Translations under genes and position numbers: made by a program | Source of the DNA: Dehalococcoidia bacterium | GTDB lineage: Bacteria > Chloroflexota > Dehalococcoidia > UBA6926 | Assembly (NCBI GenBank): GCA_963666115.2 | Contig: CAXXET010000004.1 | Span: forward strand, 192,001 to 256,000 | DNA length: 64,000 bases | Reading direction: 5' to 3' | The notes under the pieces: generated by a model | What the model saw: the letters and a program-made list of their open reading frames with translations, nothing else | The model's database searches: none | Told to the model about the DNA's origin: nothing | In this document: in pieces, positions 1 to 10,551 of the stretch | How the letters are laid out: every line of letters begins with the position of its first letter | Numbering within the stretch: position 1 is the first letter of the stretch

Positions 1-1560
1 GACCTCATCGAAGTACGACTTCTGATCATCGGACACCTCCAACTTGGGGTCCTCGAAAATCTCCTTGAGCTCGTCGACAAGCTCCTGTGACGCCTCGGAG
101 AAGTTGTTCATGAAGTTCAGCGGGTTGCGGATTTCGTGCGCCACGCCCGCCGTCAACTCGCCCAGCGCCGCCAGCTTCTCCCGCAGGACGATCTGTCCCT
201 GCGCCTGCCGCAGTTCGCCCAGCACCCCCTCGAGCTCCTCGTTCTTGTCCTGCACTTCATTGGCAAGCTGCTCAACGAGGTTCAGGCGTTGAACCTCCAG
301 CGCGTGCCGCCGGAAGACTTCCAGCGCGGACGCCATGATCGCAACCTCATCCTGCCCCCCGATGTCCACTGACGATTCCAGGTCGCCCTCGGCCATGCTC
401 TGCATTCGATTGGACAGCGTATTCAGCCGCCGCAGCAGAACCCGGCCAATGAACAGCCAGATCACCAGCAGCGCCCCAACCACGCTCAGCGTCGTAATCA
501 CCACCAGGAGAATCCGCCCGGTGCGTATTGCCTGCGTGGACGCCGCCGTGGCAGTCACCGTTCCCTCCTGTGACGAGATCACAAGCCCGTCCACCTCGGC
601 CAGCAGTTCAATCGATAGGGCGCGGTTGCTTTCGAGAAGCTGCCGCTGCGCAACCGCGATCTGGAGCGATTGCTGCACGACGTCATAGATTCCGTCCTCG
701 CTGAGGCCCAGGGCGGCGAACTCGTTGAGAATCGGTTGGGCCTGGTCGTGGATCTCCGTGCCCACCAGGAAATTCAGGTTGCGGTCGATCCTGCTCGTCG
801 CCGCCTCAAACTCAGCCCGCAGCGAATCCACGAGCCTCGGGTCGGTCGCGGTGAACGCGCTCGCCAGCTGCTCCCCGCCGATCGTCACGTCTGACTGTAT
901 CTCCACGAGCCGCCGGTATCTCTCCACCTGCTCTTCCGAAAAATGTTCAAGCCGTTGCGCCTGGTCCTGGTCGATATCGGGAAAGCCCGTCATGATGAAG
1001 AAGAGTTGGTCGTCGATGGCGGGGACAAGGACGCTGTTGAGCTGGATTCCAAGGCTCGTGAGCTCGATTTGGTGGATGCCGCGCAGGTCGATCAATGCGA
1101 ATGTGCCGTCTGTCTGTGCCGCGATGGAATCGATGTTTGAGAGAAGCGTGTTGGCGTAATTCCTGATGACGCGGATGCGCTCGGGGTCAACGCCGGGCTG
1201 CGCCTCCAGCGCCGCCATCTGCCCCTCAAACTCGTCATAGGCCGAGTCGATTTCCCCAACGAGCCTCTGGAAATCCTGCCTGTTGTCCGCCGCCGTCAAA
1301 CTTGGCGCGGCGGCAACCAGGATCTGCCCGTATTGGGCGATGCCGAACGCGGACGCCAGTTCCGGCACGCTCCCCTCATTCACCTGGTCCTGCGCGTCAT
1401 TGATGCTGTTGAATGAGAACCACGCCACCAGGCTCGCCAACAGGGTCAGCATGACCGCGCCGCCGATGCTGATATAGAGTTGCGTCGCAATGCGAATCCG
1501 CCCAAGCACTCGTTCGCGGATTCTTTGCACCGGGGCTGGCAGCGCGATAGTCATGTTCAT
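1..1560 (-). CDS. Sensor histidine kinase (TM - large helical sensor - TM - HAMP - HisKA), truncated by the window edge
   Basis: Not in the ORF track because it runs off the edge. Manual translation from ATG at 1560 (ATGA overlap with the upstream stop) gives MNMTIALP..., two hydrophobic segments, a HAMP-like MAEGDLESSVDIGGQDEVAIMA and the H-box LAALGELTAGVAHEIRNPLNF. Confidence 0.9.
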   Translation of the reverse strand, partial: MNMTIALPAPVQRIRERVLGRIRIATQLYISIGGAVMLTLLASLVAWFSFNSINDAQDQVNEGSVPELASAFGIAQYGQILVAAAPSLTAADNRQDFQRLVGEIDSAYDEFEGQMAALEAQPGVDPERIRVIRNYANTLLSNIDSIAAQTDGTFALIDLRGIHQIELTSLGIQLNSVLVPAIDDQLFFIMTGFPDIDQDQAQRLEHFSEEQVERYRRLVEIQSDVTIGGEQLASAFTATDPRLVDSLRAEFEAATSRIDRNLNFLVGTEIHDQAQPILNEFAALGLSEDGIYDVVQQSLQIAVAQRQLLESNRALSIELLAEVDGLVISSQEGTVTATAASTQAIRTGRILLVVITTLSVVGALLVIWLFIGRVLLRRLNTLSNRMQSMAEGDLESSVDIGGQDEVAIMASALEVFRRHALEVQRLNLVEQLANEVQDKNEELEGVLGELRQAQGQIVLREKLAALGELTAGVAHEIRNPLNFMNNFSEASQELVDELKEIFEDPKLEVSDDQKSYFDEV

Positions 1561-2795
1561 GATGCCGACTCCACTAGGGTTTCAACGGGGTGATAGGCGC
1601 CATCGGTTCCGATCACCGTGAGATAGACGGCGTCTGAACCCTGGTTGTCGCCCTCGCCAAATTGCAGCCTGAATCCATCGATGGTGAGCAGGTGGGCATT
1701 CTGCAGCGAATGCAGGAAGCACTCGCGGTCCAATTCCTCGCGGCAGGCCGCGATGCCCGCGGCAGCCAGCCTGCCTGCGATATACCCTTCAAGCGAGTAG
1801 ACGTTGGCCTCCGCGTTCACGTCGTATGCCTGGAGAGCGTTCTCAAACGCCAGCACGATTTGCTCGGTATCCCGCGTCACCAGCGGCATCACCTGCGTCG
1901 CATAGACCCCCGCCCCTGAGTTCCCCAACTGCTCCAGCAGCCGCTTGTTGCCCGCCACGGACACCGTGAAGAACTGCGTGTGCAGGCCCGTCCGGTTCGC
2001 CCACTTGATCATCGCCACGATGGGCTCAAACGTCCCGATCAGCAGCACCGCCTCCGGGTGAGCCGGCGAAATGTCCAGCAGGGCCGACTTGATCGCATTC
2101 GTATTCGGCGTATAAAGCCCAACGGCAATGGGCTCCATGTTGCGCGACCTCAGCGCCTGCCGCGCTCCTGAGTAGCCGCTCCGCCCATACGCGTCGTCCT
2201 GGTACAGCAGCCCGATGCGCGTAATCCCGCGCCTGTCGACGAGATAGTCGATGACCGCCTGCGTCTCCTGCTTATAGGAGGCGCGAAGGTTGATCACGTT
2301 GTCCGGCGCGCCCTCCCGCAGGAATTCCGCCCCGGTGTATGGCGCGATGATCGGGATTCCCTCCTGCGCCGCGATCGGCAAAACCGCGCCCACCGTCGGC
2401 GTGCCGGCAGAGCCGAGAATCGCGAATATATCCTCGTGCTCGATGAAATGGTCGATATTCCTCAGCGCCTTCGCCGGATCATAGTCGTCGTCCAATGTGA
2501 TGAGGCTGAGTTTCCGTCCGCTCACCCCGCCCCGGGAATTGATCTCATTGAACGCCGCCTCGATCCCGATTTGCAGGCTCGTCCCAATCTCCCCGAAATC
2601 GACGGACTGCCCGAAGACAACCTGGTCGCGCGTCACCCCCGGCGAGTTCACAATCTGATCCGGTGTCGCGACAGGCTCCGGCGTCGGAGTATCCGACTCG
2701 CCCGGCAGTCCAATTTCAGGGATGCAGCCGCCCAGCAATGCTGCCGCTCCAACGGCGGCGGCGAAAATCACTCGGGCCAGCGTGGGTGTTGCCAT
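1557..2795 (-). CDS. ABC-type (LivJ/PBP1-like) substrate-binding lipoprotein
   Basis: Lipobox-like LLGGC; motifs AAFNEINSRGGVSGRKLSLITLDDDYDP and QDDAYG typical of branched-chain amino acid-binding PBP1 proteins. Confidence 0.85.
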   Translation of the reverse strand: MATPTLARVIFAAAVGAAALLGGCIPEIGLPGESDTPTPEPVATPDQIVNSPGVTRDQVVFGQSVDFGEIGTSLQIGIEAAFNEINSRGGVSGRKLSLITLDDDYDPAKALRNIDHFIEHEDIFAILGSAGTPTVGAVLPIAAQEGIPIIAPYTGAEFLREGAPDNVINLRASYKQETQAVIDYLVDRRGITRIGLLYQDDAYGRSGYSGARQALRSRNMEPIAVGLYTPNTNAIKSALLDISPAHPEAVLLIGTFEPIVAMIKWANRTGLHTQFFTVSVAGNKRLLEQLGNSGAGVYATQVMPLVTRDTEQIVLAFENALQAYDVNAEANVYSLEGYIAGRLAAAGIAACREELDRECFLHSLQNAHLLTIDGFRLQFGEGDNQGSDAVYLTVIGTDGAYHPVETLVESAS

Positions 2796-2808
2796 TCCAG
2801 CCTCGCTG

Positions 2809-3219
2809 CTAAATCTTGGCGACCAGTTTCATCCTGTTCTTATTGTCCGTCCGCACGTAGGAAACGTCGTCCATGATCGTTCGGACAATATGCACGCCCC
2901 ACCCCCCGATCCGTCGATCCATCATCGGCCCCTCCAGGTCCGGGGCGGGCGCGTCGCTGATCGGGTTGAAAGGCCGCCCGTCATCGACGATCTCGATGGT
3001 CACGTTTGAATCCTCGGTCTGCACGGACACGTCGATATAGTGGATTTCCTCATCCGTATAGCCATAGTTCATGATATTGAGCGTCAGCTCTTCAAGAACC
3101 AGGTTGATCTTGTAGACCAGTTCCAGCGGCCACCCGCTCTCCTCGCCAAGCTCCTCGATGGCGGCGGTGATGCGGTCCAGTTCATCGTGCTTGGACTCGA
3201 TGGTCATTGAGATGCTCAC
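2809..3219 (-). CDS. Anti-sigma factor Ser/Thr kinase (RsbW-like, HATPase_c_2)
   Basis: LVLEELTLNIMNYGY, IVDDGRPFNP, GGWGVHIVRTIMDDV motifs. Confidence 0.88.
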   Translation of the reverse strand: MSISMTIESKHDELDRITAAIEELGEESGWPLELVYKINLVLEELTLNIMNYGYTDEEIHYIDVSVQTEDSNVTIEIVDDGRPFNPISDAPAPDLEGPMMDRRIGGWGVHIVRTIMDDVSYVRTDNKNRMKLVAKI

Positions 3220-3228
3220 GGCGCCGTC

Positions 3229-4440
3229 CTAATCGTCCCTGCGCAGCACCAGGCACGTGATGTCGTCATGCTGTGGCGCAGACCCCGCAAACTCTCGAAT
3301 CACGTCGATGACCGCGAGAGCGGTGCTCTCAGGATCGGTGGGCGGCGACGACGCGAAGTAGTCGCGAACGTGCTGGATGCCCATCGGCTCCTGTGCCTCG
3401 TTCATCGCCTCCGTCACGCCGTCCGTCACGAAGATCACGCTGTCGCCCGGCGCAAGGTCAACGCTGTTTTCCATGTAGTCATAGTCCGGCGCGACACCCA
3501 GGACAATTCCCTGCGTAAGCGCAAGCTCCTCGGATGACCCGTCCGGGTGGACCAGCAGGGGAGGATTCTCCCCGCCGCTCGCATACGTCAGCCGCCCGGA
3601 TCGCGGGTCGAAAACAGAATAGAGAACCGTGACGAACATCCCCGTTTCGTTGTCCTCCACCAGGAGGCTGTTCACCTCCGTCAGGACCTCCCCGGGATGC
3701 CCCTTGCCCACCGCCGCGCCCTTCAGCAGCGTGCGCGAGGACATCATGAACAGCCCCGCCGCCACCCCCTTGTCGGACACGTCCGCCACCACCAGCCCCA
3801 GGCGGTCGAACTGGAGCTTCATCAGATCGAAGAAGTCCCCGCCGATGTTTCTCGCGGGCCGCATCGTCCCATACACCGAGTACCCGTCGCCGGTCGGAAA
3901 GACCGTCGGCAGGATGGACTGCTGCATATTCTTCGCGACGTCCAGTTCATTCTGGATGGCGACCAGCCGGTCCCGCACGTTCAGCGCGTCCCGCAGCTCC
4001 TGGATATGCCGCAGCGTTCGGTCAATGGTCACGCGCAAATCGTCGAAGTCCACCGGCTTCGTGATGAAGTCAAACGCCCCGCGGTTCATCGCGGTGCGGA
4101 TATTCTGCATGTCCCCGTACGCGGAGATGATCACGGAGCGGACGTTGGGCTTTGCCTTCGGAATCTCCTGCAGCAGAGTAAGCCCGTCCATCTGCGGCAT
4201 GTTGATGTCGGACAACACCATGTCGATGTCGTCGTCCGCTTCCAATTCCTTCAGCGCTTCAAGCCCGTTGTGCGCGAACACGAAGCTGTAGCGGCCGGAC
4301 CGTATCTCGCGCCGCATCCGCTGCCGAACGAGCGGCTCAAGGTCGGGCTCGTCGTCAACGACGAGAATCTTATAGCTTTGTAGATCGTCCGGCAGCCCGT
4401 CCGCCTGCTCGGTCTCTTCGCTGGAAACGTCAGTGGTCAT
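3229..4440 (-). CDS. Response regulator receiver fused to SpoIIE/PP2C phosphatase (RsbU-like)
   Basis: REC motifs ILVVDDE, SDINMP, FITKP; PP2C motifs GGDFFD, VADVSDKG, TDGVTEA, DDIT. Start placed at ATG 4440 after a GGGGAG RBS. Confidence 0.92.
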   Translation of the reverse strand: MTTDVSSEETEQADGLPDDLQSYKILVVDDEPDLEPLVRQRMRREIRSGRYSFVFAHNGLEALKELEADDDIDMVLSDINMPQMDGLTLLQEIPKAKPNVRSVIISAYGDMQNIRTAMNRGAFDFITKPVDFDDLRVTIDRTLRHIQELRDALNVRDRLVAIQNELDVAKNMQQSILPTVFPTGDGYSVYGTMRPARNIGGDFFDLMKLQFDRLGLVVADVSDKGVAAGLFMMSSRTLLKGAAVGKGHPGEVLTEVNSLLVEDNETGMFVTVLYSVFDPRSGRLTYASGGENPPLLVHPDGSSEELALTQGIVLGVAPDYDYMENSVDLAPGDSVIFVTDGVTEAMNEAQEPMGIQHVRDYFASSPPTDPESTALAVIDVIREFAGSAPQHDDITCLVLRRDD

Positions 4441-4461
4441 GAGTCTCCCCGCGCAACCCAA

Positions 4462-4803
4462 TCACTTTGAGATAGCTGCGGCTGCCTCGGCCCGCGACTC
4501 GTGGATCGCGATGATGTTGTCGAAGCCACTGATCTTGAAGACCTCCCGGATCGGCTCTGTCAGTGAACACAAAGCCAACTGGCCTCCCTGGCGCTGGAGA
4601 GTCTTGGCCGTCAGCAAGATCACTCGCATCCCTGCGCTGCTGATGTACGACACGTTCTCGAAGTCGATTATCAGAGCCTTGTCCTCAGGCTGAATCACGT
4701 TCTCCAACGCGGCCTGGAACTCCTGCGCGCTTCCACTGTCTATCCTACCCTCCGTCTTGGCGACGACGGTTACCTGATCCCTCTCAGCATCGACTTTCAG
4801 CAC
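4462..4803 (-). CDS. STAS-domain anti-sigma factor antagonist (RsbV-like)
   Basis: DFENVSYISSAGMR phospho-Ser motif and VFKISGF; GGAGG RBS before GTG. Confidence 0.92.
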   Translation of the reverse strand: MLKVDAERDQVTVVAKTEGRIDSGSAQEFQAALENVIQPEDKALIIDFENVSYISSAGMRVILLTAKTLQRQGGQLALCSLTEPIREVFKISGFDNIIAIHESRAEAAAAISK

Positions 4804-4964
4804 GGTAACCTCCCACGGTACCCTCTTGTCTGTCGGTAGTATGCCACACTACAGGCAACTCGACTAGCAACCCCCCGCAATTCGCCCCCCGTCACCAAAT
4901 TATCGCATAATGGACGAACCGCCCTCACCCCGAACCTGCCCCATAATGGGCAGGCCGGTCAAAT

Positions 4965-5050
4965 GCCGAAGTGGCGGAATGGCAGACGCGACGGTCTCAA
5001 ACACCGTTGGGGGCAACCCCGTGTCGGTTCGACTCCGACCTTCGGCACCA
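4965..5050 (+). tRNA. tRNA-Leu(CAA)
   Basis: Acceptor stem GCCGAAG/CTTCGGC, anticodon arm ACGGT-CTCAAAC-ACCGT, long variable arm, GTTCGACTC T-loop, encoded CCA. Confidence 0.97.
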
Positions 5051-5057
5051 CCCCCGT

Positions 5058-5131
5058 TGCCCGGTGGTGCAGTGGTAGCACAGGGGACTTTGGATCCTCT
5101 GACCCAGGTTCGAATCCTGGCCGGGCAGCCA
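5058..5131 (+). tRNA. tRNA-Gln(TTG)
   Basis: Acceptor stem TGCCCGG/CCGGGCA, anticodon loop CTTTGGA, GTTCGAATC T-loop, encoded CCA. Confidence 0.97.
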
Positions 5132-5172
5132 CCCACAGCCACCCTAAGCCCCCCATATCACCGAGCCCCACA

Positions 5173-5220
5173 TGTCATCCTGAGCCCCCATATGTCATTC
5201 TGAGCGCAGCGAAGAATCCA
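5173..5220 (+). repeat. REP-like elements (TGTCATCCTGAGC head plus TGTCATTCTGAGCGCAGCGAAGAATC)
   Basis: GTCAT head and CTGAGC..CGAAG core shared with other intergenic repeats in the window. Confidence 0.7.
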
Positions 5221-5246
5221 AAATCGTGAATCCACCACCCAACACC

Positions 5247-6206
5247 ATGACCACACAACCAAACCACCCCACCACCCCCACCCGCGCCCTCGTCACCGGC
5301 GGCGCAGGCTTCATCGGCGCCCACCTCGTCCAATCCCTCCTTAAACACGGCCACGATGTCACCGTAGTGGACAACCTCTCCTCCACCCCGACCGCCGGCC
5401 GCCCCCAACCCCCCGCCTCCCTCCACAACCTGGACATCGCCGATCCGTCCCTGGCAGACGTCTTCGCCCAGTTCCGCCCGGAAATCGTCTACCACCTCGC
5501 CGCCCAGGTCTCCGTCGCCCGCTCCATGCGCGAACCCGAGGCGGACGTCCACACCAACATCCTCGGCGGCATCAACGTCCTCCAACAATGCGCCCGCTTC
5601 GGCGTCAAGCGCATCGTCCTCTTCTCAACGGGCGGCGCCCTCTACGGCGAACCCCAATACCTCCCCTGCGACGAGAACCACCCCATCAAACCGCTCAGCG
5701 TCTACGGCGCCAGCAAACACGCCCTGGAGCAGCACACGCGCGTCATCGCCGAGGCGAACGGCATCGAGTACACCATCCTCCGCCCCGGCAACGTCTACGG
5801 CCCAGGCCAGGACCCCCACGGCGAAGCAGGAGTAATCGCCATCTTCACCCAAAAAATGCGAGCGGGTGAAGAAGTAACCATCTACGGAGACGGCACACAA
5901 GAGCGAGACTACATCCACGTCGATGACGTCGTGGCTGCGGCCACGACCACCCCCCACCCCAACACCCCCCCATCAGCCACCTACAACATCGGAACAGGCG
6001 TCCCCACGACGGTCAACCAAATCTTCTCCTTAATAGCGGAGCAAACCGGCTACACCCGCTCCCCCGCCCACGCCCCCGAACGCCCCGGCGACGTCCACCG
6101 CATCTACCTAAACATCGAAAAAGTCCGCGATGAACTAGGTTGGACACCCCAGGTCAATCTACGCGATGGCATCCACCAAACCATTGCCGCCCTCCCCTCC
6201 CCCTGA
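5247..6206 (+). CDS. NAD-dependent epimerase/dehydratase (UDP-glucose 4-epimerase-like)
   Basis: ALVTGGAGFIG, HLAAQ, STGGALYG, YGASK, NVYGP. Alternative start at GTG 5226. Confidence 0.9.
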   Translation: MTTQPNHPTTPTRALVTGGAGFIGAHLVQSLLKHGHDVTVVDNLSSTPTAGRPQPPASLHNLDIADPSLADVFAQFRPEIVYHLAAQVSVARSMREPEADVHTNILGGINVLQQCARFGVKRIVLFSTGGALYGEPQYLPCDENHPIKPLSVYGASKHALEQHTRVIAEANGIEYTILRPGNVYGPGQDPHGEAGVIAIFTQKMRAGEEVTIYGDGTQERDYIHVDDVVAAATTTPHPNTPPSATYNIGTGVPTTVNQIFSLIAEQTGYTRSPAHAPERPGDVHRIYLNIEKVRDELGWTPQVNLRDGIHQTIAALPSP

Positions 6207-6220
6207 GCAACCCCCCCCTC

Positions 6221-6245
6221 CGTTCACCCTGAGCCTGTCGAAGGG
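6221..6245 (+). repeat. REP-like element CGTTCACCCTGAGCCTGTCGAAGGG
   Basis: Near-identical copies at 8525, 9199, 13163, 14582 (+) and 17616, 19963, 21746, 24682, 32827 (-). Confidence 0.85.
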
Positions 6246-6328
6246 CCCCATATCACAACCGCCCCCAACCCTGTACCATGTAATGTCGTGCATACGCGCG
6301 CTCAAACACCGCACATCCAGGGGGGTAA

Positions 6329-8506
<2,178 letters not shown>

Positions 8507-8524
8507 CCCCAAAAGCCCCCCCCA

Positions 8525-8647
8525 CTCACCCTGAGCGCAGTCGAAGGGCACCCCCCTCCGTCACCCCCCCCCATTCCGTCATTCCCGCCCCCCTCCGTCA
8601 TTCCGGCGAAGGCCGGAATCCATCCCGTGCCCCGACAGGGCCACAAC
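8525..8647 (+). repeat. REP cluster upstream of GIY-YIG gene, including 57-bp direct repeat copy 1 (8591-8647)
   Basis: CTCACCCTGAGCGCAGTCGAAGGG, two partial CCGTCA heads, then the CCGTCATTCCGGCGAAGGCCGGAATCCA palindrome. Confidence 0.85.
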
Positions 8648-8672
8648 CCCCCCTACCTGCTAAAATCCCAAC

Positions 8673-8969
8673 ATGACCCAATCACGCATACCATGCGTCT
8701 ACGTCATGGCCAGCAAACCGAGAGGAACCCTGTACATCGGAACAACATCCAACCTTCCCGCCCGCGTCTGGCAGCACAAGACAAAGGCAACCGATGGATT
8801 CACGGCAAAATATGATGTCAATACCCTCGTCTGGTACGAAGTCCATGACACCATGAGCGCCGCCATCGAACGGGAGAAAGCCCTCAAGAACTGGAAACGA
8901 CTCTGGAAATTCCGCCTAATCGAAGAGATGAACCCAGAATGGCAGGACCTATACCAAACCATCCTCTAG
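8673..8969 (+). CDS. Stand-alone GIY-YIG nuclease
   Basis: VYVMASKPRGTLYIGTTSNLPARVWQHK, AIEREKALKNWKR, NPEWQDL. Confidence 0.95.
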   Translation: MTQSRIPCVYVMASKPRGTLYIGTTSNLPARVWQHKTKATDGFTAKYDVNTLVWYEVHDTMSAAIEREKALKNWKRLWKFRLIEEMNPEWQDLYQTIL

Positions 8970-8981
8970 CCCCGCCCCCCT

Positions 8982-9225
8982 CCGTCATTCCGCCATCCCT
9001 CCGTCATCCCCACCCCACCCCCGTCATCCCCACCCCACCCCCGTCATCCCCACCCCACCCCCGTCATCCCCACCCCACCCCCGTCATCCCCACCCCACCC
9101 CCGTCATTCCGCCATCCCTCCATCATCCCCACCCCCCCTCCGTCATTCCGGCGTAGGCCGGAATCCACCCCGTGGCCCGCTAGGGCCACAACACCCTCCG
9201 TCCACCCTGAGCCCAGTCGAAGGGT
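8982..9225 (+). repeat. 20-bp tandem repeat (CCGTCATCCCCACCCCACCC x5, 9001-9100) with variant units, 57-bp direct repeat copy 2 (9136-9192) and a REP (9199-9225)
   Basis: Read directly from the sequence; the 57-bp copies match at 52 of 57 positions. Confidence 0.93.
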
Positions 9226-9334
9226 GCACACCCCTCCCCCCAACCATCGTGCTATCCTAAGACAACCGTTCGCTACCAAAGAACCGAACCCAGGAGCCCA
9301 CAATGCGAGTCACTGCTAGCCTAGCGAGGCAATC

Positions 9335-10537
9335 GTGAAGGTTCACAAGACAATCCAGCGGCGAGTCTACCTGCGGCGCAACGGCCATGAGCGCCTCAAC
9401 GACGTGATGCGCAACTGTGCCGTGCTTTACAATGCCGCCCTGGACCACTGGAGGGGCGCATACAAGGCCACCCGCCACCAGGCAAAGCCCGATTCCGTCA
9501 ACTACTCCGCGCTGTCAGGGCAGCTGACCGGCGTTCGCGCGGACGACCCTCACGGATGGGGCGCATTGCACGTACAAGTCGGACGCGGAGTCATCAGGCG
9601 GATGGACAGGGCCTGCCAATCGTTCTTCCGGCGGGTCAAGGAGGGCACGAATCCGGGCTACCCGCGCTTCAAGGCCGGCGCCCGTTGGCGCACCATTGAG
9701 ATTGAGGATACGTCGCCCAATATGGTTAGACTCCTTGAAGAGCGCGGCAAGGCGTACGTCCGCGTCAAGGGCCTGCCGACGATGGAGATGCCTCCCCCAT
9801 CGGAAGAGGCCGTCGGCATCGACATGGGCGTGAACAAGCGCATGGCGCTCTCCGACGGCGGTTTCGCGCCGTTCCTGCTGCCCACACGCAGGCCGGACCT
9901 GAAGAAGAACAAGCGCCTGAAGCGCAAGATGGCGCGGCAGCGAGAGATTGCCCGGCACGGAAGGCAAAAGCGGCTGATGCCATCCAAGTCCTATAAGCAA
10001 ACCAGGCGGCAGTTGGCCGTATTGGAATACCGCGAGAAGATTCACAACCGGAACGAGGTTCACCGCGTGACGACCCACATCGTTGCCAGGTACGGCGTCA
10101 TCGCGGTGGAAGACCTCATCATCACGAACATGACGGCATCGGCGTCCGGCACGGTGGACGCGCCGGGGAAAGGAGTGTCGCGCAAACGTGGATTGAACCG
10201 CTCGATTCTCGAGCAGAGTTGGGGGCTGATGCGTCAGCAATTGTCCTACAAGGCAGAATGGGCCGGTAGAGACCTTGTTGAGGTTGCCCCCCACTACACC
10301 AGTCAGACTTGTTTGCGTTGCGGCGTCGTGGATGCCCGCTCCAGGAAAGGCGAGCAGTACGCTTGCCGGCACTGTGGATGGGAGTTCGACGCGGACGTGA
10401 ACGCGGCTGAAAATATCCGGCGAGAGGGCTTAAAAACCCTCGGACGGGAGTGTACTCCCCGTCGTGGCGGCCGGAGGAAGAACAAGGGGATACAAAATCG
10501 AAAGGCTCAACCGCCTCTCGATCCCTTCGCCACGTGA
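9335..10537 (+). CDS. tnpB: TnpB-family / miniature Cas12-like RNA-guided RuvC nuclease, CRISPR-adjacent
   Basis: YNAAL, GYPRFK, RuvC-I GIDMG, RuvC-II IAVEDL, KRGLNRSILEQSWG, zinc ribbon TSQTCLRC...CRHC, RuvC-III DADVNAAENI. Confidence 0.93.
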   Translation: MKVHKTIQRRVYLRRNGHERLNDVMRNCAVLYNAALDHWRGAYKATRHQAKPDSVNYSALSGQLTGVRADDPHGWGALHVQVGRGVIRRMDRACQSFFRRVKEGTNPGYPRFKAGARWRTIEIEDTSPNMVRLLEERGKAYVRVKGLPTMEMPPPSEEAVGIDMGVNKRMALSDGGFAPFLLPTRRPDLKKNKRLKRKMARQREIARHGRQKRLMPSKSYKQTRRQLAVLEYREKIHNRNEVHRVTTHIVARYGVIAVEDLIITNMTASASGTVDAPGKGVSRKRGLNRSILEQSWGLMRQQLSYKAEWAGRDLVEVAPHYTSQTCLRCGVVDARSRKGEQYACRHCGWEFDADVNAAENIRREGLKTLGRECTPRRGGRRKNKGIQNRKAQPPLDPFAT

Positions 10538-10551
10538 TAGCCGGGCATATC

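Noticed and set aside
4900-5229. ORFs of 70-97 aa in the ORF track
   Set aside because: They overlap the two tRNA genes and are spurious.
9001-9100. 20-bp tandem repeat considered as a CRISPR array
   Set aside because: Units are contiguous with no unique spacers; it is a REP-head tandem repeat.
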